Origin: an uncultured delta proteobacterium
GTDB lineage: Bacteria > Desulfobacterota > Desulfobacteria > Desulfobacterales > QNYZ01
Assembly: GCA_963845145.1 (NCBI GenBank)
Contig: CAWJQU010000005.1
Location: 352,001-416,000, forward strand
Direction of reading: 5' to 3'
DNA: 64,000 bases
Shown here: positions 50,952-61,249 of the stretch, piece after piece
Numbering within the stretch: the first letter of the stretch is position 1
How the letters are laid out: each line of letters begins with the position of its first letter
Position numbers and translations under genes: made by a program
The notes under the pieces: model-generated
What the model saw: the letters and a program-made list of their open reading frames with translations, nothing else
What the model was told of the DNA's origin: nothing
Database searches by the model: none

Positions 50952-52334
50952 TTACTTTTTGGTTCGCAACTCCCCACGCGTGAAAGAGAAAAAGATGCCG
51001 ATCACACACAGAATCGTAAAAAGTACGAATGAAACTTTTACGCTTTTCAAAAATAAATCATAGTTTAAAGCAGTGATCTGCTCCCGCCCGATAAAGACTG
51101 CAAAAATGACCATGGCGATGGCCATGCTGATCATCTGACCCAACAACCGCATGGTTGCAACCGTTCCTGAGGCGATGCCGAAAAATTTCTTATCCACCGA
51201 CCCCATGATGGCATTCATGTTGGGTGAAGAAAACAGAGCAAAACCCAAGCCGAGCATCACCAGTGTAAAAAGAATATAAATGGTTCCGGTGTCGGTTCCA
51301 AGCAGTGAAAATAGAAGTAACCCCATAGCCGTCAGTGTCATGCCGGCCGAAGAAATCAAACGTGGTTCTATCCGATCCGACAAGCGTCCCGCCAGCGGCG
51401 ATAAAAGGGCCATGACAATCGGTTGGGCAACCAGGACAGCGCCGGCGGTTCGCGGTTCGAGCCCTTTGATGTACTGCAAATAAAGGCTGAGCAGAAAAGT
51501 GACCGCGAAGGTGGCGGCATAGTTAATCATTGCAGCCAAGCTTGAAAATGCAAACAACCTATTCTCGCTAAACAGGCGCACGTCGAATACCGGTTGTTGC
51601 GTGTTTAACTCGAACCGAATAAACACCGTCATTGTTGCAGCGCCGGCCAGAATAAAATAGACAGCCTGCAATTGCGGGAGCAAAGAAGCACCATACACTA
51701 ATAAAAGAATTGATGCGGCATACAGCAGACTTCCGGTGATATCGAGCTTTTCACCCCTAGCGTCAGCCCATTCGTCTTTTAAATATTTTAAAGTGACCCA
51801 AATCGAGGCCACACCGAAAGGAACAACAACGCCGAAAATACTCCGCCAACCGATGTACTGGGTCAAAAAACCGCCGGCAAACGGTCCAACGGATAAGCCG
51901 ATATATACAGCGGCCACATAGATCCCAATGGCACGCCCCCGCCTTTTAGGTGGAAACACAGAGGTCAAAATAGCCATGCCGGTAGTAATAAACATGGCTG
52001 CACCTAATCCCTGAAAAACCCGCACCGCAATAAGCATCGCCAGGGATGTGGTAAATGCCCCTGTCAATGAAGCCAGTGTGTATACCGCCAAACCCCATGT
52101 GAAGATTTTTTTCCGGCCGTATATGTCGCCAATTTTACCCATGGGGATCAAAAAGACGGCGATCGCCAGCAGTAAGGCGGTGGCAACCCAGCTCAACGCC
52201 ACGGCATCGGCTGAAAACTCCTTTTGAATCGCTGGAAGCGCCACATTCACCGATGAAATGATAAACGGTCCCATAAAAGAAGAGAGCGTCGCGACGAAAA
52301 GCGCCGATTTTTCTTGTGTTTCATATTCGGTCAC
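50952..52334 (-). CDS. MFS drug:H+ antiporter (DHA2-like)
   Basis: VNVALPAI, GKIGDIYGRKK, RVFQGLG, GWRSIF; about 14 TM. Confidence 0.88.
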   Translation of the reverse strand: MTEYETQEKSALFVATLSSFMGPFIISSVNVALPAIQKEFSADAVALSWVATALLLAIAVFLIPMGKIGDIYGRKKIFTWGLAVYTLASLTGAFTTSLAMLIAVRVFQGLGAAMFITTGMAILTSVFPPKRRGRAIGIYVAAVYIGLSVGPFAGGFLTQYIGWRSIFGVVVPFGVASIWVTLKYLKDEWADARGEKLDITGSLLYAASILLLVYGASLLPQLQAVYFILAGAATMTVFIRFELNTQQPVFDVRLFSENRLFAFSSLAAMINYAATFAVTFLLSLYLQYIKGLEPRTAGAVLVAQPIVMALLSPLAGRLSDRIEPRLISSAGMTLTAMGLLLFSLLGTDTGTIYILFTLVMLGLGFALFSSPNMNAIMGSVDKKFFGIASGTVATMRLLGQMISMAIAMVIFAVFIGREQITALNYDLFLKSVKVSFVLFTILCVIGIFFSFTRGELRTKK

Positions 52335-52524
52335 TGTTTTTACCCCTGGTCTTTTTTTCCCAGAGAGGCAGAAATTAAAGCCCCCCTTTCAACCTTCAAC
52401 CGGAGAAAAATTAATTGTATCTTGATTAAAAAATAAAATCATGAAAACACAATATATAATCACTCGGTTCATTTTTTAACAGACTTCTCAGGAAGCTGAT
52501 GTACAAAACAGGTGATCCTCGTTT

Positions 52525-52869
52525 ATGAAAAACGGAATTGAAAGGCGTCGACATCTTCGGGCTCCTATTGCTTTAGATGTTGTTATCGTGACGCCCCGGG
52601 GCTCCTTTAAGGGCAAAACGGCGAATATCAGCATCGGCGGTCTTGCCCTTCTCCTGTTTTTAGAACCACCTGAAGTTGGCGATACATTTCAAGCCACGCT
52701 CAGCCCGACAAAAGGCCATGAAATGTCAGTGACCTGTGAGAAAATATGGTCAGGTAAGGTCGTTGCGGATGATTCCGTATACATAGGAATAGGCATCCGT
52801 TTTGTCAAAATATCCTCAGAAGACCGCAAAATCATCGCTTCATTGGTGAAACAATACTATCTAGTTTAA
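52525..52869 (+). CDS. PilZ domain protein (paralog 3)
   Basis: RRRHLR, NISIGG, GIGIRF. Confidence 0.85.
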   Translation: MKNGIERRRHLRAPIALDVVIVTPRGSFKGKTANISIGGLALLLFLEPPEVGDTFQATLSPTKGHEMSVTCEKIWSGKVVADDSVYIGIGIRFVKISSEDRKIIASLVKQYYLV

Positions 52870-52958
52870 TATGACCAACCACTTGGGTGACAGCATCATT
52901 GGATGGTAGCTAAAAACCCCATTATTTACAAAATCCCACAGTTTTAAAAAGTGATGAT

Positions 52959-54059
52959 TCAGTGCTCAATCGTCGAATTCACCACAATGGGGTCACCCCG
53001 GCCTAGATAGAAAATGCCGGGATAGCCTTGTGTTTCAAAGCCATCGCTTGGGTTTTGGGACAGGCGGGAATCCGTGATACGTAGCGTACCGCTACGATCA
53101 TTGCTGACAAAGAAGATGGCACCGCCGCCTTCGTTGGCCGTGTTGTTTTTAATTGTGGTCCCACAGATATCTAATGTGAAAGTATTTCCGTCATTATAAA
53201 TCGCACCGCCACTGCCCCCACCAGGCGTGCCTGATCTTGCGGGGTTAGCACCATAACCAATCGCTTTATTGTGGCTAAATAGGGAATTGATAACCGTAAA
53301 CGATACACCAATACTGCTCAGACCGCCGCCATTTGAACAGATGTTCCCTTTACCCGGGCTGCCACCAAAGGTACTGTTCACAACAAATACAGGCCGTCCT
53401 TGATATTGGCTAAAAACCCGCACGGCAGCACCGCCAACATCCGGGCCGGTATCATCGCAAATATTATTTTCGAAGTGTGAGTTGACGATTTTAAATCGCC
53501 CGCCTCTTACCCAAATCGCACCGCCGCCGTCGTAAGTGGGTTCCCCCTTGCTGTTCCCATTTTTAAAGGTCAGATTTTGTACGGTGAGTTGCGGGTGATC
53601 TTGGTTTTGACAATGCGAGGTCGTCCAGTTCTGGTTTGGGTCGCAAGTGTTCATATATAAAATTCTTCTCGCACCGGCGCCACTGAGCGTCACCTTGTTG
53701 CCGCCGTCAATGACGATCTTTGGTCCGGTATCGTTAAATATTTTAGCGGTCTGTTGCATGATGATCTCAACCGGTGCCGGGCCGCAATTGAAGGTGATAA
53801 TGCCGCCCTGAGCGACGGCTGCAACGACCGCTGTGCTGGTACAGCTTAGAGGGGTGCCATCGCCAATGACATGATCAGGGTTGCTGGTGTTCTCTGCGCG
53901 CCCTTGTGTCGGCACAGGGCATTTCGGTGTGGCGTTTTTGGCACCGGCAAGAATACCGGGTAGCGTCATTAGCAGGAAATCGTCGTCGCTTTGAGCCCAA
54001 ACAAATTCGATTGGAATCAAAAAGCACGCTATCAGGAAAAACGATATAAGATTAATCAT
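52959..54059 (-). CDS. Secreted beta-helix-like protein (GGAI / FxxN repeats)
   Basis: Signal peptide, GGGAIW, GGAIY, GGAIF, FENN, FSHN. Confidence 0.7.
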   Translation of the reverse strand: MINLISFFLIACFLIPIEFVWAQSDDDFLLMTLPGILAGAKNATPKCPVPTQGRAENTSNPDHVIGDGTPLSCTSTAVVAAVAQGGIITFNCGPAPVEIIMQQTAKIFNDTGPKIVIDGGNKVTLSGAGARRILYMNTCDPNQNWTTSHCQNQDHPQLTVQNLTFKNGNSKGEPTYDGGGAIWVRGGRFKIVNSHFENNICDDTGPDVGGAAVRVFSQYQGRPVFVVNSTFGGSPGKGNICSNGGGLSSIGVSFTVINSLFSHNKAIGYGANPARSGTPGGGSGGAIYNDGNTFTLDICGTTIKNNTANEGGGAIFFVSNDRSGTLRITDSRLSQNPSDGFETQGYPGIFYLGRGDPIVVNSTIEH

Positions 54060-54180
54060 TGGTGCTGTTCAAATGAGATTTATTACGGCCTCTCCAACAG
54101 GCCGGCGGCGAGAATAGCGCCCAGACAGCCAATCGCAATTTTGCTTTTTTTCTTGGCATAATAATAATTCGTTAAAGTAA

Positions 54181-54344
54181 TACCTAAGTTGAGCGATTTT
54201 TTGCGAAGCTATGTGCCAAGATATTGAGATGATAAGGATTTCAAAAAACGGGGACATACCCGTTGGATATGTCGAGTATTTTTGAAAGCCTTAGCGCTCA
54301 ATAGATTTGGTGCAGAGCGAGTAAAAAATCGCTCAATTTGGGTA
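54181..54344. mobile_element. Fold-back MITE-like element with TA ends
   Basis: TACCTAAGTTGAGCGATTTTTT ... AAAAAATCGCTCAATTTGGGTA, plus nested internal complementarity. Confidence 0.7.
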
Positions 54345-54552
54345 AATGGAGCGTTACAGGTCTTAATTATCTTTTCCGTGTTATTTAATCAACCTTTAGA
54401 GCGCGATGATATCTTCCGCCTTGAAGCGCATTTTATTCGATGTTTTCGCACCTTCCCGACCGTTTCGGGTAGCGCCTGCAAATATCAGGAATAAAATTGA
54501 CAGGTCCGTCAAAAACGCCTAAACAATAGGGAAAATGTAAAAGGGGGAGAAT

Positions 54553-54921
54553 ATGGAATCAGAATCAGCAAACGATAAAAATACCCACACAACGACCAGT
54601 GAGCCTCGGCAACACACCGAAAAAAAACAAATACCCGATGTTTCCAGGAAACAAATCGGTATTCGATTGCTTTATACCATTCTGTTTCTTTTCATTCTCG
54701 GTATCGTTATCGTCATGATTAAATTGGTGGTATTTTTTCAATTTATTTATTGTTTTGGCACCCGGAAGCCCAATGAATCGGTTCGGCAGTTTTCCAATAA
54801 ATTATCCAGCTATGGATATCGGATATTCAGATATATCACTTTAAACGAAAACAAGCGGCCCTTTCCATTCAACGATTTTCCTTCAGAATTGGACCCCTCA
54901 GAAGAACAAATGATATTTTGA
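54553..54921 (+). CDS. DUF4389-like membrane protein
   Basis: RLLYTILF, FQF, PN..VR.FS, YITLNE..RPFPF. Confidence 0.75.
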   Translation: MESESANDKNTHTTTSEPRQHTEKKQIPDVSRKQIGIRLLYTILFLFILGIVIVMIKLVVFFQFIYCFGTRKPNESVRQFSNKLSSYGYRIFRYITLNENKRPFPFNDFPSELDPSEEQMIF

Positions 54922-55043
54922 TATCAGTATTTCAGGTACGCCAGAGGAATATGGTATCAGCCGGCACAAGATGCGGACAAAAGCGCAGAATATTTTCAGG
55001 TTAATTGCTTAAAAAAAATTTATAAAAAGAGCGCCATACATAT

Positions 55044-55388
55044 ATGAAAAACGGAATTGACCGACGCCGCGATCCACGTGCTCCTTTAACCTTGCCTGTA
55101 TATTTGAAGACCACTCAAGGCACTATTGAAGGAAAGACGGCTAATATCAGCGTCAGCGGCCTTGCCCTTATCCTTTTTTTTGAAAAGTCCTCAGTTGGTG
55201 ATGAATTTCAAATATCCGTTACATTATCTGATTACCATGAGGCAAAATTGACCTGTGCCAAGAGATGGTCGGGCGACATGGTTGTGGATGGGACGGTCTA
55301 CAATGCCGTTGGCGTCCGTATTACCAAAATATCCCCAGAGGACCGCGAAATCATCGCTTCACTGGTTCAAAAATACTATCTGGGGTAA
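55044..55388 (+). CDS. PilZ domain protein (paralog 4)
   Basis: RRRDPR, NISVSG, AVGVRI. Confidence 0.85.
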   Translation: MKNGIDRRRDPRAPLTLPVYLKTTQGTIEGKTANISVSGLALILFFEKSSVGDEFQISVTLSDYHEAKLTCAKRWSGDMVVDGTVYNAVGVRITKISPEDREIIASLVQKYYLG

Positions 55389-55561
55389 TACTTCCCTTTT
55401 TCTTTTTTTGCTCACCGTAACCAGTTTCGTTTAGGTTCCCTTCCCGGCAACAACAACAGCCGCTAAAGTTTCCAAATAAAAAACCGATAACGACTTTAAA
55501 GCCTTTGGGTTTTTAGGGCAGCTGATTTCAGCCGTCCTTCGTCAATGGAGGGCACATCGAC

Positions 55562-56587
55562 ATGTTGAATATTGAATGTAAAGTATGCAACACCCATTAT
55601 CGTCTGCCGGAAAAAAGGGCGAATGACAAAGGAAGATTTCAGGCCAAATGCAATAAATGCAACAACCTGATCGTCATCGATTTTGCAAACCGCAAGTCAT
55701 TGCCAAAATCTTCGTTGGAAGACCTGTTGCCTAAAAATGTACTTTATGGAAAACCCCTTCATAAAGAGGTCCTCGGAAATTTTAAAAAATTATATCCAAT
55801 GCCCCATGTCGCATTGAAGGCACGCCAATTAATTTTAAATGACGACTTCGATTTCAATAAGATTGGTCAATTATTGAAAACCGACCCGGCGCTGGCCGGC
55901 CGGATTCTTAAAGCGGCCAATTCGGCCTATTTTGGTTTGAGCGGCAAAGTTGCCTCTATTCAGCATGCCTCGGCCTTACTTGGGACAAGGCTTCTGGTGC
56001 AAATCATCAATATGGTGAGTCACTCGAAAATGCTGGGTGGAACCATGCCCGGATATGAGGCCGATTCGGGATTGATGTGGCGACATTCATTGGCCGTAGC
56101 TGTAGGGTCTGATTTTATTGCAAAAAAAATGGCCCCGGAGTACAGTGGCGAAGCCTTTTTGGCAGGCCTGCTGCATGATGCCGGAAAGATCATTTTAGAC
56201 CATTACATTCTTGAGAGACAGGCTTCTTTTAAGATCCTGCAAAAAGAGTCCGAACGGTCGGCTCTCGAAGCGGAGAAATTAGTGCTTGGTTTCGACCATG
56301 CCGAAATCAGTGGCGATCTTTGTGGTCATTGGGGCCTGCCGGATTTTGTGGCGGAAGCTGTTTGTTTCCACCATTTTCCATCGAAATCTCGCGCCAACAT
56401 GCTAGCCTATATTGTGCACGCCGCCAATACCATCGCTAATCATACGAAATCGACAATTACTGATATCGATCTGGAAGACCTCGATAGTAATACGTTAAAT
56501 TTTTTACAGCTTGGGGGGAAGAAACTCCAAGATGTCGCCCACCAAATCCTCGAAGCCGTCGAGACCCTGGAGGATGACACCTATTGA
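55562..56587 (+). CDS. Zinc-ribbon + HDOD domain protein
   Basis: CKVC..CNKC; DPALAGRILKAANSA, WRHS, GLLHDAGK, DHAE. Confidence 0.88.
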   Translation: MLNIECKVCNTHYRLPEKRANDKGRFQAKCNKCNNLIVIDFANRKSLPKSSLEDLLPKNVLYGKPLHKEVLGNFKKLYPMPHVALKARQLILNDDFDFNKIGQLLKTDPALAGRILKAANSAYFGLSGKVASIQHASALLGTRLLVQIINMVSHSKMLGGTMPGYEADSGLMWRHSLAVAVGSDFIAKKMAPEYSGEAFLAGLLHDAGKIILDHYILERQASFKILQKESERSALEAEKLVLGFDHAEISGDLCGHWGLPDFVAEAVCFHHFPSKSRANMLAYIVHAANTIANHTKSTITDIDLEDLDSNTLNFLQLGGKKLQDVAHQILEAVETLEDDTY

Positions 56588-56593
56588 TACCCC

Positions 56594-57901
56594 TTACATT
56601 TTTTTATGTTCATTTTTCTGTTGATCGATCAACTTGACAATGACCTGATTTACACGGATATGGTCATCGGAACCCAACGGAAAAGAGGGGCTTTTGTTCT
56701 CGACGGTTTGGCCGTTATATTCCATTTCAACCTTAACAACCGGGTGATAACGATCAACCCATTCTTCCAACCCGATGGATACTTTGTATGCAGCTCCGGG
56801 GGGGTGCGGTGGGCTGGCTGGAACCCGTTCTGAAAATTGGGGAAAGAACGTAACGACTTCCTTTTTCAGTGGTACGCAGGAGATTCCCCTGCCATGCTGG
56901 GCTTGCTCGATACAGTTGTTGCAGGAGATACAGGCCGCTTTTTGGCCATGGCCGGCTTCCCAGCGATTGATCAAGTCAGGTTCACAAATCAGCGGCCGGC
57001 ACATGGAAACATAATCGGCAACGCCCTCTTTCACCAATTGTTGGGCGACCGTAAATGACCGTATCCCACCCACCAGAATCAGCGGTACGCGAATTTTCTT
57101 TTTAAACTTTCCGGCTGCATCCTGGAAAAACGCCTCGTCTCTTTCCGAATCGATTCTATTTTCCATCAGATTGGCAATGTTCAGCAATCCGCCACTTAAC
57201 TCGATGGCATCGATCCCCCCTTCTTCGAGCATTTGCCCAACGCGGATGGCTTCTTCAAGCGTAAGGCCGTTTTCAACAAAATCCCGGCAATTGAGCTTAA
57301 CCAAGACCGGATAATCCCGGCCCACGGCCTTACGCACCTCGTGAAGCACTTCAAGTAAAGCCCTTGCCCGATTTTCAATAGGCCCGCCATATTCATCTTC
57401 ACGATCGTTATAGCGGGGGCAGAGCAGCTGGCTGAGAAGAAAACCATGCGCAGCGAAAATTTGAACGGCGTCAAATCCGGATATTTTTGCCCTGACGGCC
57501 GCCTGGCCGAAAGATTCAACAATTTCTCCAATGTCTCGTATGGATAACCGCCTCACCCGCGCTTTAGACAAATAGGCGCCCCCGTAACCGAGCTGCAGAA
57601 CGATTTTAGAGCCTTCCTCGTGAACCGCCCGAGTCATGCGCTGTAAACCTGGAATCAGATCATCCTTATCGATACCCAGTTGCCACGGCTGATGCCACCC
57701 CTTTTGGTGAACGTAGGCGTGGCCGGTAATGATCAGGCCTACCCCCCCTTTCGCCAGATCGGTCATCAAATCGATCATCTGGGAAGTACAGGCGCCATCA
57801 TCGGTGGCCATTCCCGTCCATGTGGCCGAACGGACAAACCGGTTCGCCACTGTCATACAATTGATTTTACCGGGTTCAAATAACGGGGCCATCATTCTCA
57901 T
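56594..57901 (-). CDS. NADH:flavin oxidoreductase (old yellow enzyme family) with C-terminal extension
   Basis: NRFVRSAT, AHGFLLSQ, N.R.DEYGG..ENR, CISCNNC. Confidence 0.88.
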   Translation of the reverse strand: MRMMAPLFEPGKINCMTVANRFVRSATWTGMATDDGACTSQMIDLMTDLAKGGVGLIITGHAYVHQKGWHQPWQLGIDKDDLIPGLQRMTRAVHEEGSKIVLQLGYGGAYLSKARVRRLSIRDIGEIVESFGQAAVRAKISGFDAVQIFAAHGFLLSQLLCPRYNDREDEYGGPIENRARALLEVLHEVRKAVGRDYPVLVKLNCRDFVENGLTLEEAIRVGQMLEEGGIDAIELSGGLLNIANLMENRIDSERDEAFFQDAAGKFKKKIRVPLILVGGIRSFTVAQQLVKEGVADYVSMCRPLICEPDLINRWEAGHGQKAACISCNNCIEQAQHGRGISCVPLKKEVVTFFPQFSERVPASPPHPPGAAYKVSIGLEEWVDRYHPVVKVEMEYNGQTVENKSPSFPLGSDDHIRVNQVIVKLIDQQKNEHKKM

Positions 57902-58067
57902 TTTCTCACTTCTCCACGGGCACCCATTGACCAGGGATTGTTGGCCCGGCCGGTTCGGTTGGAATCGATCATTGCAGCCGGAGAACGATTGATTGTTTCA
58001 AAGATCAAAATGTTTGCCCCCCATATCAAGCCGGCAGGTACTTTGAAACGGTTTATCGGGATTATTA

Positions 58068-59720
58068 TCAATTTTTTGAAAGCGCTACCGGCTCGCGTCC
58101 GGGAGCGGAAATACGACGGCGCTCGAGTAGGGATCCATCCTGTCGATAGATATCAATCCGTGCCTTGAGATGGTTGGCAAGAGCCTGAACTTCGGCGATC
58201 CGGCTGGCCAGTAAGTCTCGCTGGGCCTGGGCCACCAGGATACTGGTTGATTTTCCCACTCGAAATTTTTCCGTCTCGGTTCGAAGCTTTTCCTCATTGA
58301 ACCGACGGGTCACCGATGAAGCGGCGATCTGCTTTTGCGTCCGGATAACTTCAATGTAGGCCGTGCGAACATCCACTTCGACAAGTTGCGACAAGTTTTG
58401 CAGTACTTTCCAAGTCTGTTCTTTCGTGAGCAGAGCCCGGCGGTGGCGCGCTTTTTCATCCCGATTAAAAACGGGCAGATTAAATCGAACACCGGCCCGG
58501 ACATCATATCCATCTTCGTTCGCAATAGCATCGGCGGCGCGACCGAATGAATCGGCATAACCGCTCTTGCCGAGTCCGATGAAAAGATCCATTAAGGGAA
58601 GCAAGCCGTTGCGAGTCTTTACAAGCTCCAGATCTCCCCGGACGATCTTAAGCCGGGCCTCATTTAATATTGGAGACATGCGCATAGAAACGGCCACGTG
58701 TTGCGCGACATCTTCGGTTTTAATATTCGGCAAAGTGGGCTGGTGGATCAAATCGATCTCCCGTTGCCAGATATCGGGTCCCGAAGGGTTCAACAGTCTC
58801 AACATTTTCAGGCGAATGGATTCCTCACCGGCCTGCGCTTCGATGAGGGCTTGCTCCTGGGCAGCGAGTTCGGCCTGAACGGCAGCCAGTTCGGACCGGG
58901 CCAATCTGCCGACGGCAATGAGTTCCTCGGTTTCATTGAGCTGCTGACGTGCAAGCTTCAACGACTCTTCAACAATTTCGATTCGCCGCCGAGCCAGAGC
59001 GTAATCCCAATAACTGGTTTCAACTTCCGCCACCAGTGTTTCGGTAAAACCCCGCAGCTCATATTCCGACATCCGCGTATCCAGGCGGGCCTGTCGCAAA
59101 CGAACCAGATTGGTGTTGACGCCAAACCCCTTAAGCAATGCCTGGTTCACCGTCATTCCCAAACGGGTCGTATACCATTTGTCATCGTAAAGGAAATTGT
59201 CTTCCATCAGTAGGTCGGCACCCAGGCCGACCGTCGTGCCGGTCGGAAAATATTGTTCCAAAGAAATGACGCTTTCCACGGAATCGGTCGTGCCATCCTT
59301 CGATTCAGGTCCGGATCCGGCGGACTGTTCGCCTTTTATCCTCCCGACGGTGAGAACCGCAGATGCCGTCGGATCAAATACGGCTCTTTCCTGGTTTTGA
59401 GCCGTTTCCTGAATCGAGGGGGTCAGTCTCTCAACACTCAACGCACGATTGTTTTCAAGGCAGAGCAAAATGGCCTCAGTGACCGTAATTTTCAAAGGCC
59501 CGGGGGATACAGTCAGCTTTCCAACCGCTTTTGATTGCGCATTGGAATCCGGATCTAAATACACATCCGTATCAGCGACGATCATCGGTCCACCCGCCAT
59601 TCTATCGACCCGCTTCTCGATTAATGCACAGGAAGTCGCCATAAGAAAAAACCCACACACGACGATAAAATTCGCCGGGTAGTTGACGCGTTCAATCCAC
59701 CGCATATCCAGTCCCCACAT
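58068..59720 (-). CDS. TolC-family outer membrane protein
   Basis: Possible lipobox ATSC, LENNRAL, QALLKG, EKFRVGKST. Confidence 0.85.
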   Translation of the reverse strand: MWGLDMRWIERVNYPANFIVVCGFFLMATSCALIEKRVDRMAGGPMIVADTDVYLDPDSNAQSKAVGKLTVSPGPLKITVTEAILLCLENNRALSVERLTPSIQETAQNQERAVFDPTASAVLTVGRIKGEQSAGSGPESKDGTTDSVESVISLEQYFPTGTTVGLGADLLMEDNFLYDDKWYTTRLGMTVNQALLKGFGVNTNLVRLRQARLDTRMSEYELRGFTETLVAEVETSYWDYALARRRIEIVEESLKLARQQLNETEELIAVGRLARSELAAVQAELAAQEQALIEAQAGEESIRLKMLRLLNPSGPDIWQREIDLIHQPTLPNIKTEDVAQHVAVSMRMSPILNEARLKIVRGDLELVKTRNGLLPLMDLFIGLGKSGYADSFGRAADAIANEDGYDVRAGVRFNLPVFNRDEKARHRRALLTKEQTWKVLQNLSQLVEVDVRTAYIEVIRTQKQIAASSVTRRFNEEKLRTETEKFRVGKSTSILVAQAQRDLLASRIAEVQALANHLKARIDIYRQDGSLLERRRISAPGREPVALSKN

Positions 59721-60037
59721 GTTTCGAATTCCAATCGGGGCAATTGTTCAGACCCGACAGCGTCCTTTTTTTAAAGACTTAAATTGGAACATAGCGGTTT
59801 ATGCTTCGATCTCGCAACCGAAAAAAATAGTGGCGCCAAAAAGCAACATTCACTATCTGCAGATCCTATCTGCCGGCAAGGTAATTCGATCCATGTAAAC
59901 CACCAGGCTAGGCCATAACCAACTTTTTTTAATTGCAAAATCGGGAATGAAAGGGCAAAGTCCATAAAGTTTCGCCGGCCGACACCAACTGTTTATGAAA
60001 AGTGAATCCCGAATCAAAATAAGCCGTAAATTACATT

Positions 60038-61249
60038 ATGAAATCAGCATCTTATAGATCTATTGGTTTAGTATTGATATTATTGGGAGCAACTGTTCTG
60101 GGTGGGTTTATCTATAACCGGTTCCAAAGCCGCACCGAACCGGGAAAAGCAGGCCGGGAATCACGACCCATCCCTGTCGAGGTGGCTGAAATTGAATATG
60201 GCACGATGGCATTGAAGCGGACATTCAGCGGTGAGCTGGAAGCCTTGTCGGAGTTTGTGGTTGCGCCGAAGGTAAACGGACGCGTAAAGCGGATGCGGGT
60301 TAATATCGCCGACACGGTTAAACGGGGCCAGATTGTCGCCGAACTCGACAACGACGAATATATCCAGACCGTGGCCCAGGCGCGTGCCGATGTGGCCGTA
60401 GCCGGGGCCAACCTGTCCTCCGCCGGCAGTGCTTTGGAAATCGCCAAGCGAGAATATAAACGCACAGAATCATTACTTAAACGCGGAATAGCCTCCGATT
60501 CTGAATTTGATGCCGCCCATCAGGACCAAATGGCCAAGCAGGCGCAACTCAAAGTCGCCCAGGCCTATGTGGCCAAAGCCGAATCGTCGCTGGAAATCGC
60601 CAACATACGCCTCGGATATACAAAAGTGACCGCCGGCTGGACCGATGGTAGCGAGCAGCGTGTCGTTGGTGAGCGCTATGTAGACGAAGGCCAGACAGTG
60701 TCGGCCAACACGCCGCTGCTTCTGATCGTCGAACTTAATCCCATTATCGTGGTCGTTTATGTGACCGAAAAAGACTATGCCTATCTAAAACCGGGGCAGC
60801 CCGTATCGCTGACAACGGATGCGTATCCGAATCGGGAGTATCCGGGCCGCATTGAACGCATTGCCCCTGTGTTTCAGAAATCGAGTCGCCAGGCACGTGT
60901 CGAAATGCGCATCGACAATCCCCAATTTGAACTCAAACCCGGCATGTTCGCCAGAGCCACGGTCGAATTAGCCGAGATCCAGGACGCCACAATTGTCCCC
61001 GAACAGGCCCTGACCATTCGCGACGACAAAAGTGGCGTTTTTATCGTCCGTGAAGACGGAAAATCAGTTGTCTGGCGTGAAGTAACCGTCGGGATCCGCC
61101 AAGGCGATCAAGTGCAAATAACAACCGAGGGGCTGTCCGGCCGGGTCATCGTCTTGGGACAGCAGATGATCAACGATGGTTCCCTGATTACCATTCCCGC
61201 CGGACAGGTCAAAAACGATGCCGGCAGCGATAAGGCCAACGCTCAATGA
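60038..61249 (+). CDS. RND periplasmic adaptor (MFP)
   Basis: N-terminal TM, PKVNGRV, DTVKRGQ, LKPGMFA. Confidence 0.9.
   Translation: MKSASYRSIGLVLILLGATVLGGFIYNRFQSRTEPGKAGRESRPIPVEVAEIEYGTMALKRTFSGELEALSEFVVAPKVNGRVKRMRVNIADTVKRGQIVAELDNDEYIQTVAQARADVAVAGANLSSAGSALEIAKREYKRTESLLKRGIASDSEFDAAHQDQMAKQAQLKVAQAYVAKAESSLEIANIRLGYTKVTAGWTDGSEQRVVGERYVDEGQTVSANTPLLLIVELNPIIVVVYVTEKDYAYLKPGQPVSLTTDAYPNREYPGRIERIAPVFQKSSRQARVEMRIDNPQFELKPGMFARATVELAEIQDATIVPEQALTIRDDKSGVFIVREDGKSVVWREVTVGIRQGDQVQITTEGLSGRVIVLGQQMINDGSLITIPAGQVKNDAGSDKANAQ

Noticed and set aside
54453..54471. Another TCCCG hairpin like those in the tRNA copies
   Set aside because: Shorter, does not end in CGGGA and has no tRNA context
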